From positions 29,517-93,516 of the forward strand of contig UQVR01000001.1 in the NCBI GenBank assembly GCA_900544625.1: a DNA stretch of 64,000 nt, in the 5' to 3' direction. Each line of letters starts with the position of its first letter. Position 1 is the stretch's first letter. The notes below the pieces were generated by a model. The model was not told the origin of the DNA. It did not search any database and worked only from the letters and a program-made list of their open reading frames with translations. Position numbers and translations under genes: made by a program. Shown here piece by piece: positions 38,596-49,069 of this stretch. This stretch comes from an uncultured Mycoplasmatota bacterium (GTDB taxonomy: Bacteria; Bacillota_I; Bacilli_A; RF39; UBA660).

Positions 38596-40008
38596 ATGGA
38601 AGTAAAAGATATTACAAATAGAGATGTAGATTTTGCTAAATGGTATACAGATGTATGTAGAAAAGCAGATTTAGTAGATTATTCAAGTGTAAAGGGAAGT
38701 ATGATAATTAGACCTCTTGGATATGCCATTTGGGAAGAAATACAAAAAAATATGGATAGAATGTTTAAAGAAACTGGTCATGAAAATGTACAAATGCCAA
38801 TGTTTATCCCTGAGTCACTTCTTAACGTTGAAAAAGAACATGTTAAAGGATTTGCTCCAGAAGTTGCATGGGTTACATATGGAGGACAAGAAAAACTTGA
38901 AGAAAGAATGTGCGTAAGACCAACAAGTGAAGTATTATTTTGTGACCATTATAAAAAAATAATTAACACTTATAGAGATTTACCCATTCTTTATAATCAA
39001 TGGTGTACAATAGTTAGATGGGAAAAAACAACAAGACCTTTTCTTAGAAGTCGTGAGATATTATGGCAAGAAGGTCATACAATGCATAGAACTGCCGAAG
39101 AAGCAAGAGAAGAAACTTTAAGAATGTTTAACGTCTATAAAACTTTTCAAGAAGATTATCTAGCTTTACCCGTAATTACAGGAAGAAAAACTGAAAAAGA
39201 AAAATTTGCAGGTGCTGAAGAAACTTATACTTTAGAAGCTATGATGTACAATGGTTATGCTCTTCAAAATGGTACAAGTCATTATTTTGGTAATCATTTT
39301 GCTAAAGCGTTTGGTATTAAATTTACGGATAGTGATAATACACTTAAAACTCCATATCAAACTAGTTGGGGAGTTTCAACTAGAATGATCGGAGCAATAA
39401 TTATGACTCATGGTGATGATCATGGGTTAGTTCTTCCACCAATGATTGCACCATTTAAAGTTATAGTTATTCCTATCGGAGATGTTGCCACTGAATTAGA
39501 AAGTTTAAAAAACACTTTAAAAGAAAATGGTATTACTTTTAAAGTTGATGAATCTAATAAAACTCCTGGATTTAAATTTGCAGAAGCGGAAGTTAAAGGA
39601 TATCCAATTAGAATAGAACTTGGTAAAAGAGATTTAGAAAATAATCATGTAACTTTAGTAAGAAGAGATACTTTAGAAAAAATAATTGTTACTTTTGATG
39701 AAATAATACCTAGAGTTAAGGAATTACTTGTGATGATTCAAAATGATATGTTTGAAAGAGCAAAAGCAAGAAGAGATTCTATGATTTATGATGCAAAAAC
39801 TTATGATGAACTAAAAGAAATAGCCACAACAAAAGATGGTGGTTTTACCAAGATTAATTGGTGTGGCGATGTTGCCTGTGAAAATAAAATTAAAGATGAT
39901 TTTGGAATAAAGTCAAGATGTTTAATCGAAGATGAAGAGGTAACTGGACCATGTACTGTATGTGGCAGGAAAGCTAAAACAAGATTATATATTGGAAGAC
40001 AATATTAA
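38596..40008 (+). CDS. proS: Prolyl-tRNA synthetase (archaeal/eukaryote-like short form with a C-terminal Zn-binding domain)
   Basis: Class II motifs, an anticodon-binding domain and the C-terminus CGDVACEN...CTVCG; 470 aa without the bacterial editing insertion. Confidence 0.9.
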   Translation: MEVKDITNRDVDFAKWYTDVCRKADLVDYSSVKGSMIIRPLGYAIWEEIQKNMDRMFKETGHENVQMPMFIPESLLNVEKEHVKGFAPEVAWVTYGGQEKLEERMCVRPTSEVLFCDHYKKIINTYRDLPILYNQWCTIVRWEKTTRPFLRSREILWQEGHTMHRTAEEAREETLRMFNVYKTFQEDYLALPVITGRKTEKEKFAGAEETYTLEAMMYNGYALQNGTSHYFGNHFAKAFGIKFTDSDNTLKTPYQTSWGVSTRMIGAIIMTHGDDHGLVLPPMIAPFKVIVIPIGDVATELESLKNTLKENGITFKVDESNKTPGFKFAEAEVKGYPIRIELGKRDLENNHVTLVRRDTLEKIIVTFDEIIPRVKELLVMIQNDMFERAKARRDSMIYDAKTYDELKEIATTKDGGFTKINWCGDVACENKIKDDFGIKSRCLIEDEEVTGPCTVCGRKAKTRLYIGRQY

Positions 40009-40029
40009 AAATTTTTTTAAGCATTATAA

Positions 40030-40075
40030 TAAAAGTAGATAGAATGTAAACTACCTACTTTTTTATTTAAATTAT
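40030..40075. terminator. Bidirectional terminator between proS and the convergent flippase gene
   Basis: AAAGTAG...CTACTTT stem with T-runs on both strands. Confidence 0.5.
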
Positions 40076-41361
40076 TAAATGTATTTTTTTAAATATTTAA
40101 AGTTTAATAATACTACAAATAAAATGTTTACTATTTCAGCAATAACTAAACTATAAATACCAATGTGACATAAAGATAGAATAGACATAACAATTAGTTT
40201 TAATATAACACCCCATAAAGTTATATTCATAGTAATTTTAGCATAACCTAGTGCTTGAAGTGCTGATGTAAGAACACCTTCTAAGTAAAATAGAACAAAG
40301 AATGGAGAAAGTATTTTGATGTAATTTGAACCGTTCGTGGTGTTATATAAAGAAAATAAAAGATTATCTCGAAAAGTAAATATAATAAATGAGAAGAATG
40401 TACCAATAATTAATGAAAATATAAGTGCTTGGTGTATTCTTCTTTTTACCATTATGTTGTTTTTTTCACCATGAAACTTACTTATTTCTGGTAATAAAGA
40501 AGTTGATATTGCTGCAATAAAAAAACCAGGCATAGTTAAAAGGGCAAGCGAATAAGCATTGTAAGCTCCATATTCACGAAGTATGTAGGAATTTGTGTAT
40601 CCTGAAAAAAGGAGTAAATTTGTAAGAATAATTGGTTCTAAGAAATAACCAATATTTCCAATTATTCTACTTGATACGGTAGGTAGGGATATATCTAATA
40701 TATCTTTAGTATGCTTTTTACTAGGTAGTAATTTTGTTTTATAATTAATATGTTTTGGTAAGAAAAATAAAAATACTATTATTGAAGAAATTTCTGATAA
40801 AATAGTTAGAAGTATTAAACCTAGTACAGCATGCATAACTGAATTTTTCATTAATATGGGTAATACTGTAATAATAATTATTAATCTTATAATTTGTTCT
40901 ATAATATTACTTGTAGCATGAGGTATCATGTTTTGCTTGCCTGCAAAATATCCTTTTAAAACAGATGAGATAGATACAAATGGTAAAGTTAGAGAAAAAG
41001 CAAGTAATATTGGAGATGCAAGAGGTTCTTTAAGCAAGTTAATAGCTATAAAATCTTTAGTTAGTAAAATAAGTAAAATAAGTAAAAAATTAATAGATAA
41101 AATTAAGAATGTTGCTGATGTAAGAATTCTTATGGAACGCCCTTTATTTTCTGATACTAATTTAGAGATAGAAATAGGAATAGCAAGAGTAGATATGGTA
41201 AGTAATAATGAGTATGTTGGAGTTGCTATAGTAAATAAACTAATACCATATTCTCCGATTATTCTGGTGTAAATTACTTTGATTATAAAACCTAAAATTT
41301 TAGTAAGAAAACCACTTAAAATAAGTATTAAAGTTGATTTTATAAATAAGTTTTTTTTCAT
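40075..41361 (-). CDS. MOP-superfamily flippase (polysaccharide biosynthesis/Wzx/SpoVB-like)
   Basis: A 428 aa protein with about 12 transmembrane helices and the N-terminus typical of oligosaccharide flippases. Confidence 0.7.
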   Translation of the reverse strand: MKKNLFIKSTLILILSGFLTKILGFIIKVIYTRIIGEYGISLFTIATPTYSLLLTISTLAIPISISKLVSENKGRSIRILTSATFLILSINFLLILLILLTKDFIAINLLKEPLASPILLAFSLTLPFVSISSVLKGYFAGKQNMIPHATSNIIEQIIRLIIIITVLPILMKNSVMHAVLGLILLTILSEISSIIVFLFFLPKHINYKTKLLPSKKHTKDILDISLPTVSSRIIGNIGYFLEPIILTNLLLFSGYTNSYILREYGAYNAYSLALLTMPGFFIAAISTSLLPEISKFHGEKNNIMVKRRIHQALIFSLIIGTFFSFIIFTFRDNLLFSLYNTTNGSNYIKILSPFFVLFYLEGVLTSALQALGYAKITMNITLWGVILKLIVMSILSLCHIGIYSLVIAEIVNILFVVLLNFKYLKKYI

Positions 41362-41431
41362 GTAATGTGATTTCTCCTTTATTTAAATGCAATTTTGTTA
41401 TATAATAAATATATGTTGGAAGGTGGTTATT

Positions 41432-43558
41432 TTGCCAGATACAATTAATTTTGAAGAATTAGTTCCAAGACTTGAAAAAAGAGAACAATTTGAAACGATA
41501 AAAAAAGCATATTTATACGCTTATAATGAACATAAGGGGATGAAAAGACTTACTAAAGATGACTTTATTACACATCCTTTAGAAGTTACTAAAATTCTTA
41601 TGGATTTAAATGTTGATGATACTACAATTATTGCCTCATTGTTACATGAAGTTATTAACAATGGTAATAAGACTTATGATGATTTGGTTAATGATTTTGG
41701 AGAAGATATAGCTAAGATTGTTTTAAGCGTGTCTAAAATTAATAAATTAGAATTACCAGATAATAATGAATCTAGTGTAATATATTTAAGAAAAATACTT
41801 GTTGGACTTGCCCAAGATGTTAGAGTTTTATATATTAAGCTTGCAGATAGACTTCATAATATGAGAACTAATTGGGCAATTAATCCTCAAAAACAAAAAC
41901 AAAAAGCTGAAGAAACTATGTCTGTTTTAGTACCAATTGCTCATAGACTTGGTATTAATTCTATTAAAAGCGAACTTGAAAATTTATCACTTTATTATTT
42001 AAAACCAGATGTATATAATGATATTTTAGAAAAACTAAATGAAACTGTAGATGAACTAAATGGTTACTTAGAAGAAATGAAAGAAAGTATTATTGATATC
42101 TTAACTGATGCTGGTATTAAATTTGAAATAAAAGGACGAGTTAAAAGTGTTTATAGTATATATAATAAGTTATCTAATGGTAAAGAATGGAATAAAATAT
42201 ATGATATTTTAGCTTTAAGAATATTTGTGGAAGAAGAATCTGATTGTTATCAAGTTATTGGTTTAATACATTCAAGATTTAGACCAATGCCAAAAAGATT
42301 TAAAGATTATATAGCGAGTCCAAAAGAAAATATGTATCAAAGTCTACATACCACTGTGTTTGGAATAGAAGGACATGTTTTTGAAATTCAAGTAAGAACT
42401 TATGAAATGGATGAAATAGCTGAAAAAGGTATTGCGAGTCATTGGTCATATAAGGAAAAAGGTACTAAAAAGATTCAAAACGTTATGGAACAAAAATTAG
42501 AAATGTTTAGAAATGTTATTGAATCAAGTAATAATGATACTGATGCAGATTTTGAAAGTAAGGTTAACGCTGATATATTTAGTGATTTAATATATACATA
42601 TACTCCGAAGGGTGATGTTGTGGAACTTCCAATTGGTTCTACACCGATTGACTTTGCTTATAGAATTCACTCAAGAGTTGGAGATACGACGGTCGGAGCA
42701 ATTGTAAATGATCAAATTGTACCACTTTCATATGAACTTAAAAATGATGATGTTGTAAATATTAAAACAAATAACAATAGCACACCAAATAAAGATTGGC
42801 TTTCTTTTGTTAAAACAAGTCAAGCAAAAAATAAAATTAAAGCATTCTTTAGTAAACAAGATAAGGAAGAATATATTGAAAAAGGTAAAAATATTTTAGA
42901 AGCAGAACTTAGAAAAAGAAAAATGGCTTTTAATGAAGTATTAACTCCAGAAGTAATTGAAAAGTTAATTAAAGATTTGAAAGTAAAAGATTTGGATGAA
43001 ATATATTTAAGTATTGGATCTTTAAGATTTACTGCTGGTTATATAATTAATCTAACAAAAGCTGATAAGCACGAAGTTGATGATGCTTTGTTTGAAAGAA
43101 AATTATCGATTCCTAAGATTAATTACAAAAGCGATATTTTAGTTGAAGGTAATTCAGATATTATGGTTAATATTGCTAAATGTTGTATGCCTATTAAAGG
43201 TGATGAAATAGTGGGCTTTATTACAAAAGGACAAGGTATCAGTGTCCATAAAAAAGGATGTTCTAATGTACCTGATAATAGTGAAAGAGTAGTGGATGTA
43301 TCATGGAATATGGATGCAAGTAATTATTATTTTACTAATATTTATGTTTATGTTACTGCTGGTTTTGATTTACTTGTAAATATTATTACAGAAGTTGGTA
43401 AACTTGGTTGTATTGTAAGGTCTTGTAATACTAAAGAATTTGATAATAAAACTATGTATGAAATAAATATAAGAATAAAGGATAAAGTAGAACTAGATAA
43501 TGTTATGAAAAATATTAGAAAAATACATAATGTTATAGATGTTAAGGAGGAAATATAG
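41432..43558 (+). CDS. relA: Bifunctional (p)ppGpp synthetase/hydrolase RelA/SpoT (Rel)
   Basis: HD hydrolase HPLEV...DTTIIASLLHE, synthetase segment RVKSVYSIYNKL...ALRIFV, and TGS and ACT domains. TTG start after the ribosome-binding site GGAAGGTGG. Confidence 0.9.
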   Translation: MPDTINFEELVPRLEKREQFETIKKAYLYAYNEHKGMKRLTKDDFITHPLEVTKILMDLNVDDTTIIASLLHEVINNGNKTYDDLVNDFGEDIAKIVLSVSKINKLELPDNNESSVIYLRKILVGLAQDVRVLYIKLADRLHNMRTNWAINPQKQKQKAEETMSVLVPIAHRLGINSIKSELENLSLYYLKPDVYNDILEKLNETVDELNGYLEEMKESIIDILTDAGIKFEIKGRVKSVYSIYNKLSNGKEWNKIYDILALRIFVEEESDCYQVIGLIHSRFRPMPKRFKDYIASPKENMYQSLHTTVFGIEGHVFEIQVRTYEMDEIAEKGIASHWSYKEKGTKKIQNVMEQKLEMFRNVIESSNNDTDADFESKVNADIFSDLIYTYTPKGDVVELPIGSTPIDFAYRIHSRVGDTTVGAIVNDQIVPLSYELKNDDVVNIKTNNNSTPNKDWLSFVKTSQAKNKIKAFFSKQDKEEYIEKGKNILEAELRKRKMAFNEVLTPEVIEKLIKDLKVKDLDEIYLSIGSLRFTAGYIINLTKADKHEVDDALFERKLSIPKINYKSDILVEGNSDIMVNIAKCCMPIKGDEIVGFITKGQGISVHKKGCSNVPDNSERVVDVSWNMDASNYYFTNIYVYVTAGFDLLVNIITEVGKLGCIVRSCNTKEFDNKTMYEINIRIKDKVELDNVMKNIRKIHNVIDVKEEI

Positions 43559-43992
43559 TGAAAGTAGTAGTACAAAGAAGTAAAAAAAGTAGTGTTAGTG
43601 TTTCAGAAAAGATAGTAAATGAAATAGATAATGGCATGGTTTTATTAGTTTCTTTTACTCAAGGAGATACAATTGATAATATTTTAAAAATGACTAAGAA
43701 AATTGCTAATTTAAGAATATTTGATGATGAAAAAGGTGTTATGAATAAGTCAATTTTAGATGTTGGTGGAGAAATATTATCAATATCACAATTTACTTTA
43801 TATGGTGATACCACCAAAGGAAATAGACCCTCATATGTTAAGGCTTTAAATGGAGAAGAAGCAATAAAGTTATATGAAACATTTAATGAAGAAATGAATA
43901 AGTATGTTGTAACTAAACCAGGTATTTTCGGAGCTGAAATGATGGTTAATATTTCTAATGATGGACCAGTAACTTTAATTATGGAGTTTTAG
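43558..43992 (+). CDS. dtd: D-aminoacyl-tRNA deacylase
   Basis: KVVVQRSKKSSVSV...SQFTLYGDTTKGNRPS is the Dtd signature. GTG start overlaps the relA stop. The relA-dtd pairing is conserved. Confidence 0.85.
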   Translation: MKVVVQRSKKSSVSVSEKIVNEIDNGMVLLVSFTQGDTIDNILKMTKKIANLRIFDDEKGVMNKSILDVGGEILSISQFTLYGDTTKGNRPSYVKALNGEEAIKLYETFNEEMNKYVVTKPGIFGAEMMVNISNDGPVTLIMEF

Positions 43993-44400
43993 ATGAAAAA
44001 TTTTTTAAATAAGTATAAAACTATATTTACTTATTTATTATCTAGTGGTTTATCTTTTGTTGTTGATATTATATCATTTTCTATAATACTTTATTTTATA
44101 AAGGATAGATTTCTTGATGCGATATTATTGTCTTCTTATGTTGCTAGAGTTATTTCTAGTGTAGTTAATTATATTGTAAATAAAAAATATGTATTTAAAA
44201 ATGAAAAAAAGAAAAATTATAAAGCTTTTATAGAGTATTTCTTACTTGTAATAATTAATATTACAATCTCCGGTTTACTTGTAACTAAAGTTTATAATTA
44301 TATACATTTAAATGCTACATTCATAAAAGTTATTATAGATTCTATAATATTTGTTGTAAATTATTTCTTGCAAAAGTTAATTATATTTAGGAAAAACTAA
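43993..44400 (+). CDS. GtrA-family membrane protein (polysaccharide glycosylation accessory)
   Basis: A 135 aa protein with four transmembrane helices and GtrA-like topology. Confidence 0.6.
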   Translation: MKNFLNKYKTIFTYLLSSGLSFVVDIISFSIILYFIKDRFLDAILLSSYVARVISSVVNYIVNKKYVFKNEKKKNYKAFIEYFLLVIINITISGLLVTKVYNYIHLNATFIKVIIDSIIFVVNYFLQKLIIFRKN

Positions 44401-44436
44401 AAACTACAAGGTGCTGTGACACATTGTAGTTTTTAT
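44400..44436 (+). terminator. Rho-independent terminator
   Basis: AACTACAA-ggtgctgtgacaca-TTGTAGTT followed by T5. Confidence 0.6.
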
Positions 44437-44593
44437 AATTGTAAAACTAAAAAACATCTAAATCAACGAGGTTGGTTTAGATGCAAAACAAATATTTGGT
44501 AGCATCCAATCTCGCGAAAAAACTGGATGTTCCTTTTTTAATTTATGCAAATTTTATTTGCTATATACATCGTACCACAAAACATGGTTATTG

Positions 44594-47497
44594 TCAATTT
44601 TGTTTTTTTCTAATTAGTTTTTGGTTTTTATTAGCATCAAGTTCAAGAGTTTTGCATTCCTCAGGCTCATAGTTAAAATTATGATTATATAGCTTAGATT
44701 TAGCAGATTTATATATAAGAGATAAATCATCAAGATAGGCATTAAAAGTAAAATTATTTTTTGATGGAGTAGATATGTTTCCATTTTTTATAATAATTTC
44801 CATCAATTGAAGATAAGAAATACAATCTTCTTGATTTTTTGTTTTTACCTTATCCATTATTTCTTTAGGTATTTTTACTTTATGTTTTTTAAACACATCC
44901 AATATAGTATCATGATAATTAGGGTCTTCAATTGACAATTTTAGATTTAATAAAAATGGATTTCTTAACAAGTATTCAAAATAACTATAGTCTCCATGAT
45001 ATTTTTCAATTATATCTTCTATTTTTTTTGATAATTCTTTATCTTTATAAATATAAATTGCAAAATTTTTCAAATAATCAATTAATAAATCTTTAAATAA
45101 TTCCGCTTCATCTTTTGGCGTGTCATCATCAATAAGTGGTTCATTTGACTCAGAAAGAGTACTAATTAACAATTTAAATTTTATTTTTAAAAATGATTTA
45201 ACATAATCCGCAAATTTATGTTTTTCACCCATATCAATTGGTAATGCTTCACTAAGATAAGTGTATTTTAAAATTTTATTTTTTAATATTTTTAATAATT
45301 CATCTCGTTTACTGTAATCATTATTTTTAATAAACTCAAGAAACCAAATATACATCCCATCATTAAAACTTGTTAATTCTTCATAATGTGATTGCACATA
45401 ATTATATAATTCATTTTCTAACTTTTTTAAATTATCAAAATTTGCTTCTTCTTTAGGAATTTCAAACTCAAATGCTTGAACTACTTTATATAGTTTTTCG
45501 TACATTTCTTTTACTTTATTTTGAAAATCATTATATATTGTTTCACGTTCAAATTTACGACCAAATACAAGTTTTCTAATATTAAGACTAAAAGTTGTAA
45601 TAGATGATTTTCCTTTGAATTCTATAGTTTTAATTAGTGGTAATTCATTGGGTGTTAATAATCTTTGGGCATGCATTATATTTTTCAAAAAATTTTTAAA
45701 TCTTATTTCGCTTACTAATAATTTTGAATTTGTATAATCTCTAAATCTTATAGTTTCTGGCCTTATAGTTATCTCACAGTGTTCAAGAGTAGAAGGTAAC
45801 TCTAATACTTTTGGTGGTGTTGCATAGGTAGGTGTTTCTAAAATAAATAAATCTTCAAGCCCTTCATTTAGTTCAAATTCGTAATATTTTAAAAATTCTC
45901 TATCATAGTTATCTACTCTAATAGTTAGTTTTTTTAATGATTTAGGAAATACTAACTTTCTTCCTTGCGCCATTTCTTTGTTATAAATTTTTATTAATTC
46001 TGGATAAAATAAAATTTTTTGATCGGTAATTGTAATTTTTGAAACATTTTCAAAAACGTGAGATGGGGATTTGGGCTTTATTACAGAATATAATAAGCAA
46101 TCATATATCTTATATAAATCATAAAGTTCTTTATCTTCTAAAATCTTTTCTTTATGATGAGGATTTTTTAAAAACACTCCGGTTAATCGCATTATTGTTT
46201 CAAGTGGAATATATTCTTCAAACTCAAACATATTTCTTCTTAAAGATGTAACAGCAAGATATGTACAATCACTTACTTGAAAGTTTTTAAAGAAACTTTG
46301 TATTTTATAAGGATTATTAATAGAAAATAATAACATTGTTAGTTCGGGAGAACATAATATTCTACCATAATCAAAAACACCATATTTATTTTTTACAGCA
46401 TCATTTATTAAGTTAGCTAGGGTTCTATAGTCTCTTTTTGAAAAATCAAATCTTTTATATTCTTCAAAAACACAATTACTTTGCATAAATGTACTTACTT
46501 TTTTAAAGAATACCTCTTTCATTATTTCTTTTTCTTCTTTAGACATTGCACAATCATGTAAAATTTCTCTATGGTTACCATAATCTATTTCGTAAGAATT
46601 TACTTTAAATTCTACGAGTTTATAAAGAAGTTTTTTATCTTCAATTCTTTTATATTCTTTGATTGCCATATATTTTGTAATTAATCTATTTATAGAATGT
46701 ATTCTTGCTGTTCTATCTAAATGTGTAAATTCTAAAAGATTATCAAATTCTTTTTCTAAATCTTTTAATATATTTTTATTTTTAAAAAGTAATACTTCTA
46801 ATTTTATTTGCATTAATGAAAGATAATTTTTATCTTGATAATTTTCTACATATTCTTTTAATGAATCAGGTATAAATTCAGGAATATAACCAATAAGTCT
46901 TCCACGTAAATCATTATAATATTTAGGATCTTTTTCTAAATTTAAATTTTCTATTATTGATAAACATGAGTTAGTTTGTAAATTTATTAATTCAATATCT
47001 TTCTGCGCATTAAATATTTGAATTTGTAATCTAGATATTTCATTATCTATAGCATTCTTTTTGTTATTAGATAAAAATGGAATAGATTTTAGACTTGATA
47101 AAGCTGCCATTCTTAAGAAAGATTCTTCTTCGATAGCCTTTAAAATGTGAGCATAACCATTAAGTCTTGCAAGTAAATTGGTTACATATTCATTGTTATA
47201 TCCTTTGCTATTTGAATTACTTAAAATATCATGAATATGTATTTCTAAACTAGTTAAAATATCTATATAAACTCTGATATCATCAGTTTCAGTACTCTTT
47301 AAATGAGTACTTAATATTGTCTTTTTATTAGATAAAATTCTTTTATATTCTTGATAATATTGTTCACAAAGTTCTTTATTTTTAACGTTGTCAAAAAAGC
47401 TATTCGGAGGCATGATAATACTATCTTGTAAGTTAACAAGACATAAAACCTCTTGGTTTAATTTAGATTTTTTGAAAAACTTAGAAAATAAACTCAT
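44594..47497 (-). CDS. Large hypothetical cytoplasmic protein (967 aa), ORF A of the novel cluster
   Basis: Strong ribosome-binding site AGGAGGGGG before the ATG (minus strand). Has its own TTGACT-17-TATAAT promoter. No known motif, signal peptide or transmembrane segment was seen. Confidence 0.7.
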   Translation of the reverse strand: MSLFSKFFKKSKLNQEVLCLVNLQDSIIMPPNSFFDNVKNKELCEQYYQEYKRILSNKKTILSTHLKSTETDDIRVYIDILTSLEIHIHDILSNSNSKGYNNEYVTNLLARLNGYAHILKAIEEESFLRMAALSSLKSIPFLSNNKKNAIDNEISRLQIQIFNAQKDIELINLQTNSCLSIIENLNLEKDPKYYNDLRGRLIGYIPEFIPDSLKEYVENYQDKNYLSLMQIKLEVLLFKNKNILKDLEKEFDNLLEFTHLDRTARIHSINRLITKYMAIKEYKRIEDKKLLYKLVEFKVNSYEIDYGNHREILHDCAMSKEEKEIMKEVFFKKVSTFMQSNCVFEEYKRFDFSKRDYRTLANLINDAVKNKYGVFDYGRILCSPELTMLLFSINNPYKIQSFFKNFQVSDCTYLAVTSLRRNMFEFEEYIPLETIMRLTGVFLKNPHHKEKILEDKELYDLYKIYDCLLYSVIKPKSPSHVFENVSKITITDQKILFYPELIKIYNKEMAQGRKLVFPKSLKKLTIRVDNYDREFLKYYEFELNEGLEDLFILETPTYATPPKVLELPSTLEHCEITIRPETIRFRDYTNSKLLVSEIRFKNFLKNIMHAQRLLTPNELPLIKTIEFKGKSSITTFSLNIRKLVFGRKFERETIYNDFQNKVKEMYEKLYKVVQAFEFEIPKEEANFDNLKKLENELYNYVQSHYEELTSFNDGMYIWFLEFIKNNDYSKRDELLKILKNKILKYTYLSEALPIDMGEKHKFADYVKSFLKIKFKLLISTLSESNEPLIDDDTPKDEAELFKDLLIDYLKNFAIYIYKDKELSKKIEDIIEKYHGDYSYFEYLLRNPFLLNLKLSIEDPNYHDTILDVFKKHKVKIPKEIMDKVKTKNQEDCISYLQLMEIIIKNGNISTPSKNNFTFNAYLDDLSLIYKSAKSKLYNHNFNYEPEECKTLELDANKNQKLIRKKQN

Positions 47498-47523
47498 GAG
47501 TACCCCCTCCTAAAGTAGTTTTT

Positions 47524-47588
47524 ATTATAAGATAATTAATAATTGAAGTCAATATTTTCTTGCAAAATCAGGCATTTTGTGGTAAGAT
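47524..47588. promoter_or_regulatory. Back-to-back divergent promoters
   Basis: Minus strand: TTGACT(47552-47547)-17-TATAAT(47529-47524) for ORF A. Plus strand: TTGCAA(47560-47565)-17-TAAGAT(47583-47588) for ORF B. Confidence 0.6.
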
Positions 47589-47617
47589 AGAAAAACACTT
47601 GTTTAAGGGGGATATAT

Positions 47618-49057
47618 ATGTTTATTAAATTTAAAAAATATATGAAAAATGTTAAAAGTAATATGATTAGTGATTTGCAAGGTTATAAAAATATTGTAAA
47701 TATGTTAGAACTTTGGCCATTAGATTTTCAAAAGTATGTTGAAATGCTAAAAGACACTAAATCAGATGAAGTAATAGACATGCTAAATGAAGTTCTTGGA
47801 GATTTAACAAAATATGATATTAAAAGTGCTAAAGAAAGACTAAAAAAACATATTGGAATGTTAAATACACAAATTTATATATGTGATAGCCAAATTAGGG
47901 CTTTTGATAACGAAAAAGCTATCGGCGCAATTGAAGACTTTCCACTATTTTATGTAACACTAATATCAATAATTTGTAAAAATTGCCTAACAAACAAAGA
48001 AGCTATTAAAATTTTTGGAAGTGCCATTTCCTTTAAAGGTAAGAAAACTGGTGAAAATAAAACTCCCGAAGATTTATGGAAATGTGATTTTGAAAGTTTA
48101 CGACCACTAAGTAATTATTTTGATATTTATGGTAATTTTCAAAATGGGGGAGATGCTGAATTATTTATGATTTTATTTAATCAATTAAGTAAAGCTACAA
48201 GGCTAAAAGAACTTGGTATAAATAATGATGAATTAAAATTAATAAAGTATACTTCTTTATCTAACAAATTAATGATTGAATTAAGAAGTAGTTATGAAGA
48301 ATATTTAAAAACTGCTATAAAAAGAGAAGTGAAACCTGAAATGAAAAAAGAAAAGAAGTCTGAGGTAAGAAAAGAAGCTCTTGGCCCAATTATAGTAGAA
48401 TCTGAAAAGTTAAGTTTTTTAACTAATGAAGATAAAGAAATATATCTTGGAGCATGTAACCTTATAAGCTCTCTTGTTGGCAGAAGTGATTATGACTATT
48501 ACATGGAAGCTTTATTAGATATTCAAAGCCTTGAAGAATTATATAATGATGAAGATAGAGAATATTTTGATGAAATAATAAATGATGCCATTAATAAATT
48601 AAAAATATTATTAAATATGTTTCATATAGATAAAAAGATTAGAAAACCAGAAGTTGTTTTCTTAAATGATATTAAAGGTAATTGCTATTTTAAAGAAGAC
48701 TTAGATAATGTTGATAATAGTTTAAAAAGTAAAATAGATTTATTACTTGAAAAAGTTAAAAGTGGTAATAATCATCGTACAGTTTTAGATGGAAACTTAA
48801 AAGCTGGAGAATTACTATTTATAAATGGTTCTAATCTATCAATTAGTTTTTGTAAAATAGCTTTTGATACATATCTAATTATTGGAGTTCACTCTATAAA
48901 TGAAGGTTTTAACTTAGATATAAATAGATATCATTTAAATAAAAAGTATATTGAAGAATTAAAAGAACTAATGAAAAATGCTGAAGATAGAAATAAAATG
49001 GTTTTAGATGGAAATTTAGTAATTGAAACATCAGTTCCAAGGAAGAAAGTTAAGTAA
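47618..49057 (+). CDS. Hypothetical protein (479 aa), ORF B of the cluster; internal repeat VLDGNL
   Basis: The ribosome-binding site AAGGGGGA precedes the ATG. No known motif. Confidence 0.7.
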   Translation: MFIKFKKYMKNVKSNMISDLQGYKNIVNMLELWPLDFQKYVEMLKDTKSDEVIDMLNEVLGDLTKYDIKSAKERLKKHIGMLNTQIYICDSQIRAFDNEKAIGAIEDFPLFYVTLISIICKNCLTNKEAIKIFGSAISFKGKKTGENKTPEDLWKCDFESLRPLSNYFDIYGNFQNGGDAELFMILFNQLSKATRLKELGINNDELKLIKYTSLSNKLMIELRSSYEEYLKTAIKREVKPEMKKEKKSEVRKEALGPIIVESEKLSFLTNEDKEIYLGACNLISSLVGRSDYDYYMEALLDIQSLEELYNDEDREYFDEIINDAINKLKILLNMFHIDKKIRKPEVVFLNDIKGNCYFKEDLDNVDNSLKSKIDLLLEKVKSGNNHRTVLDGNLKAGELLFINGSNLSISFCKIAFDTYLIIGVHSINEGFNLDINRYHLNKKYIEELKELMKNAEDRNKMVLDGNLVIETSVPRKKVK

Positions 49058-49069
49058 AGGAGAAAAGTT

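Noticed and set aside
38717-38917. Plus-strand 66 aa ORF inside proS in another frame
   Set aside because: Nested alternative frame of a confidently assigned synthetase.
40928-41272. Plus-strand 114 aa ORF antisense to the flippase gene
   Set aside because: Antisense to a well-supported membrane protein gene; it has no ribosome-binding site.
44481-44672. Plus-strand 63 aa ORF at the 3' end of ORF A
   Set aside because: Overlaps the convergent 967 aa gene by about 80 nt and is hydrophobic and low-complexity. It has a possible ribosome-binding site, which is not enough to call.
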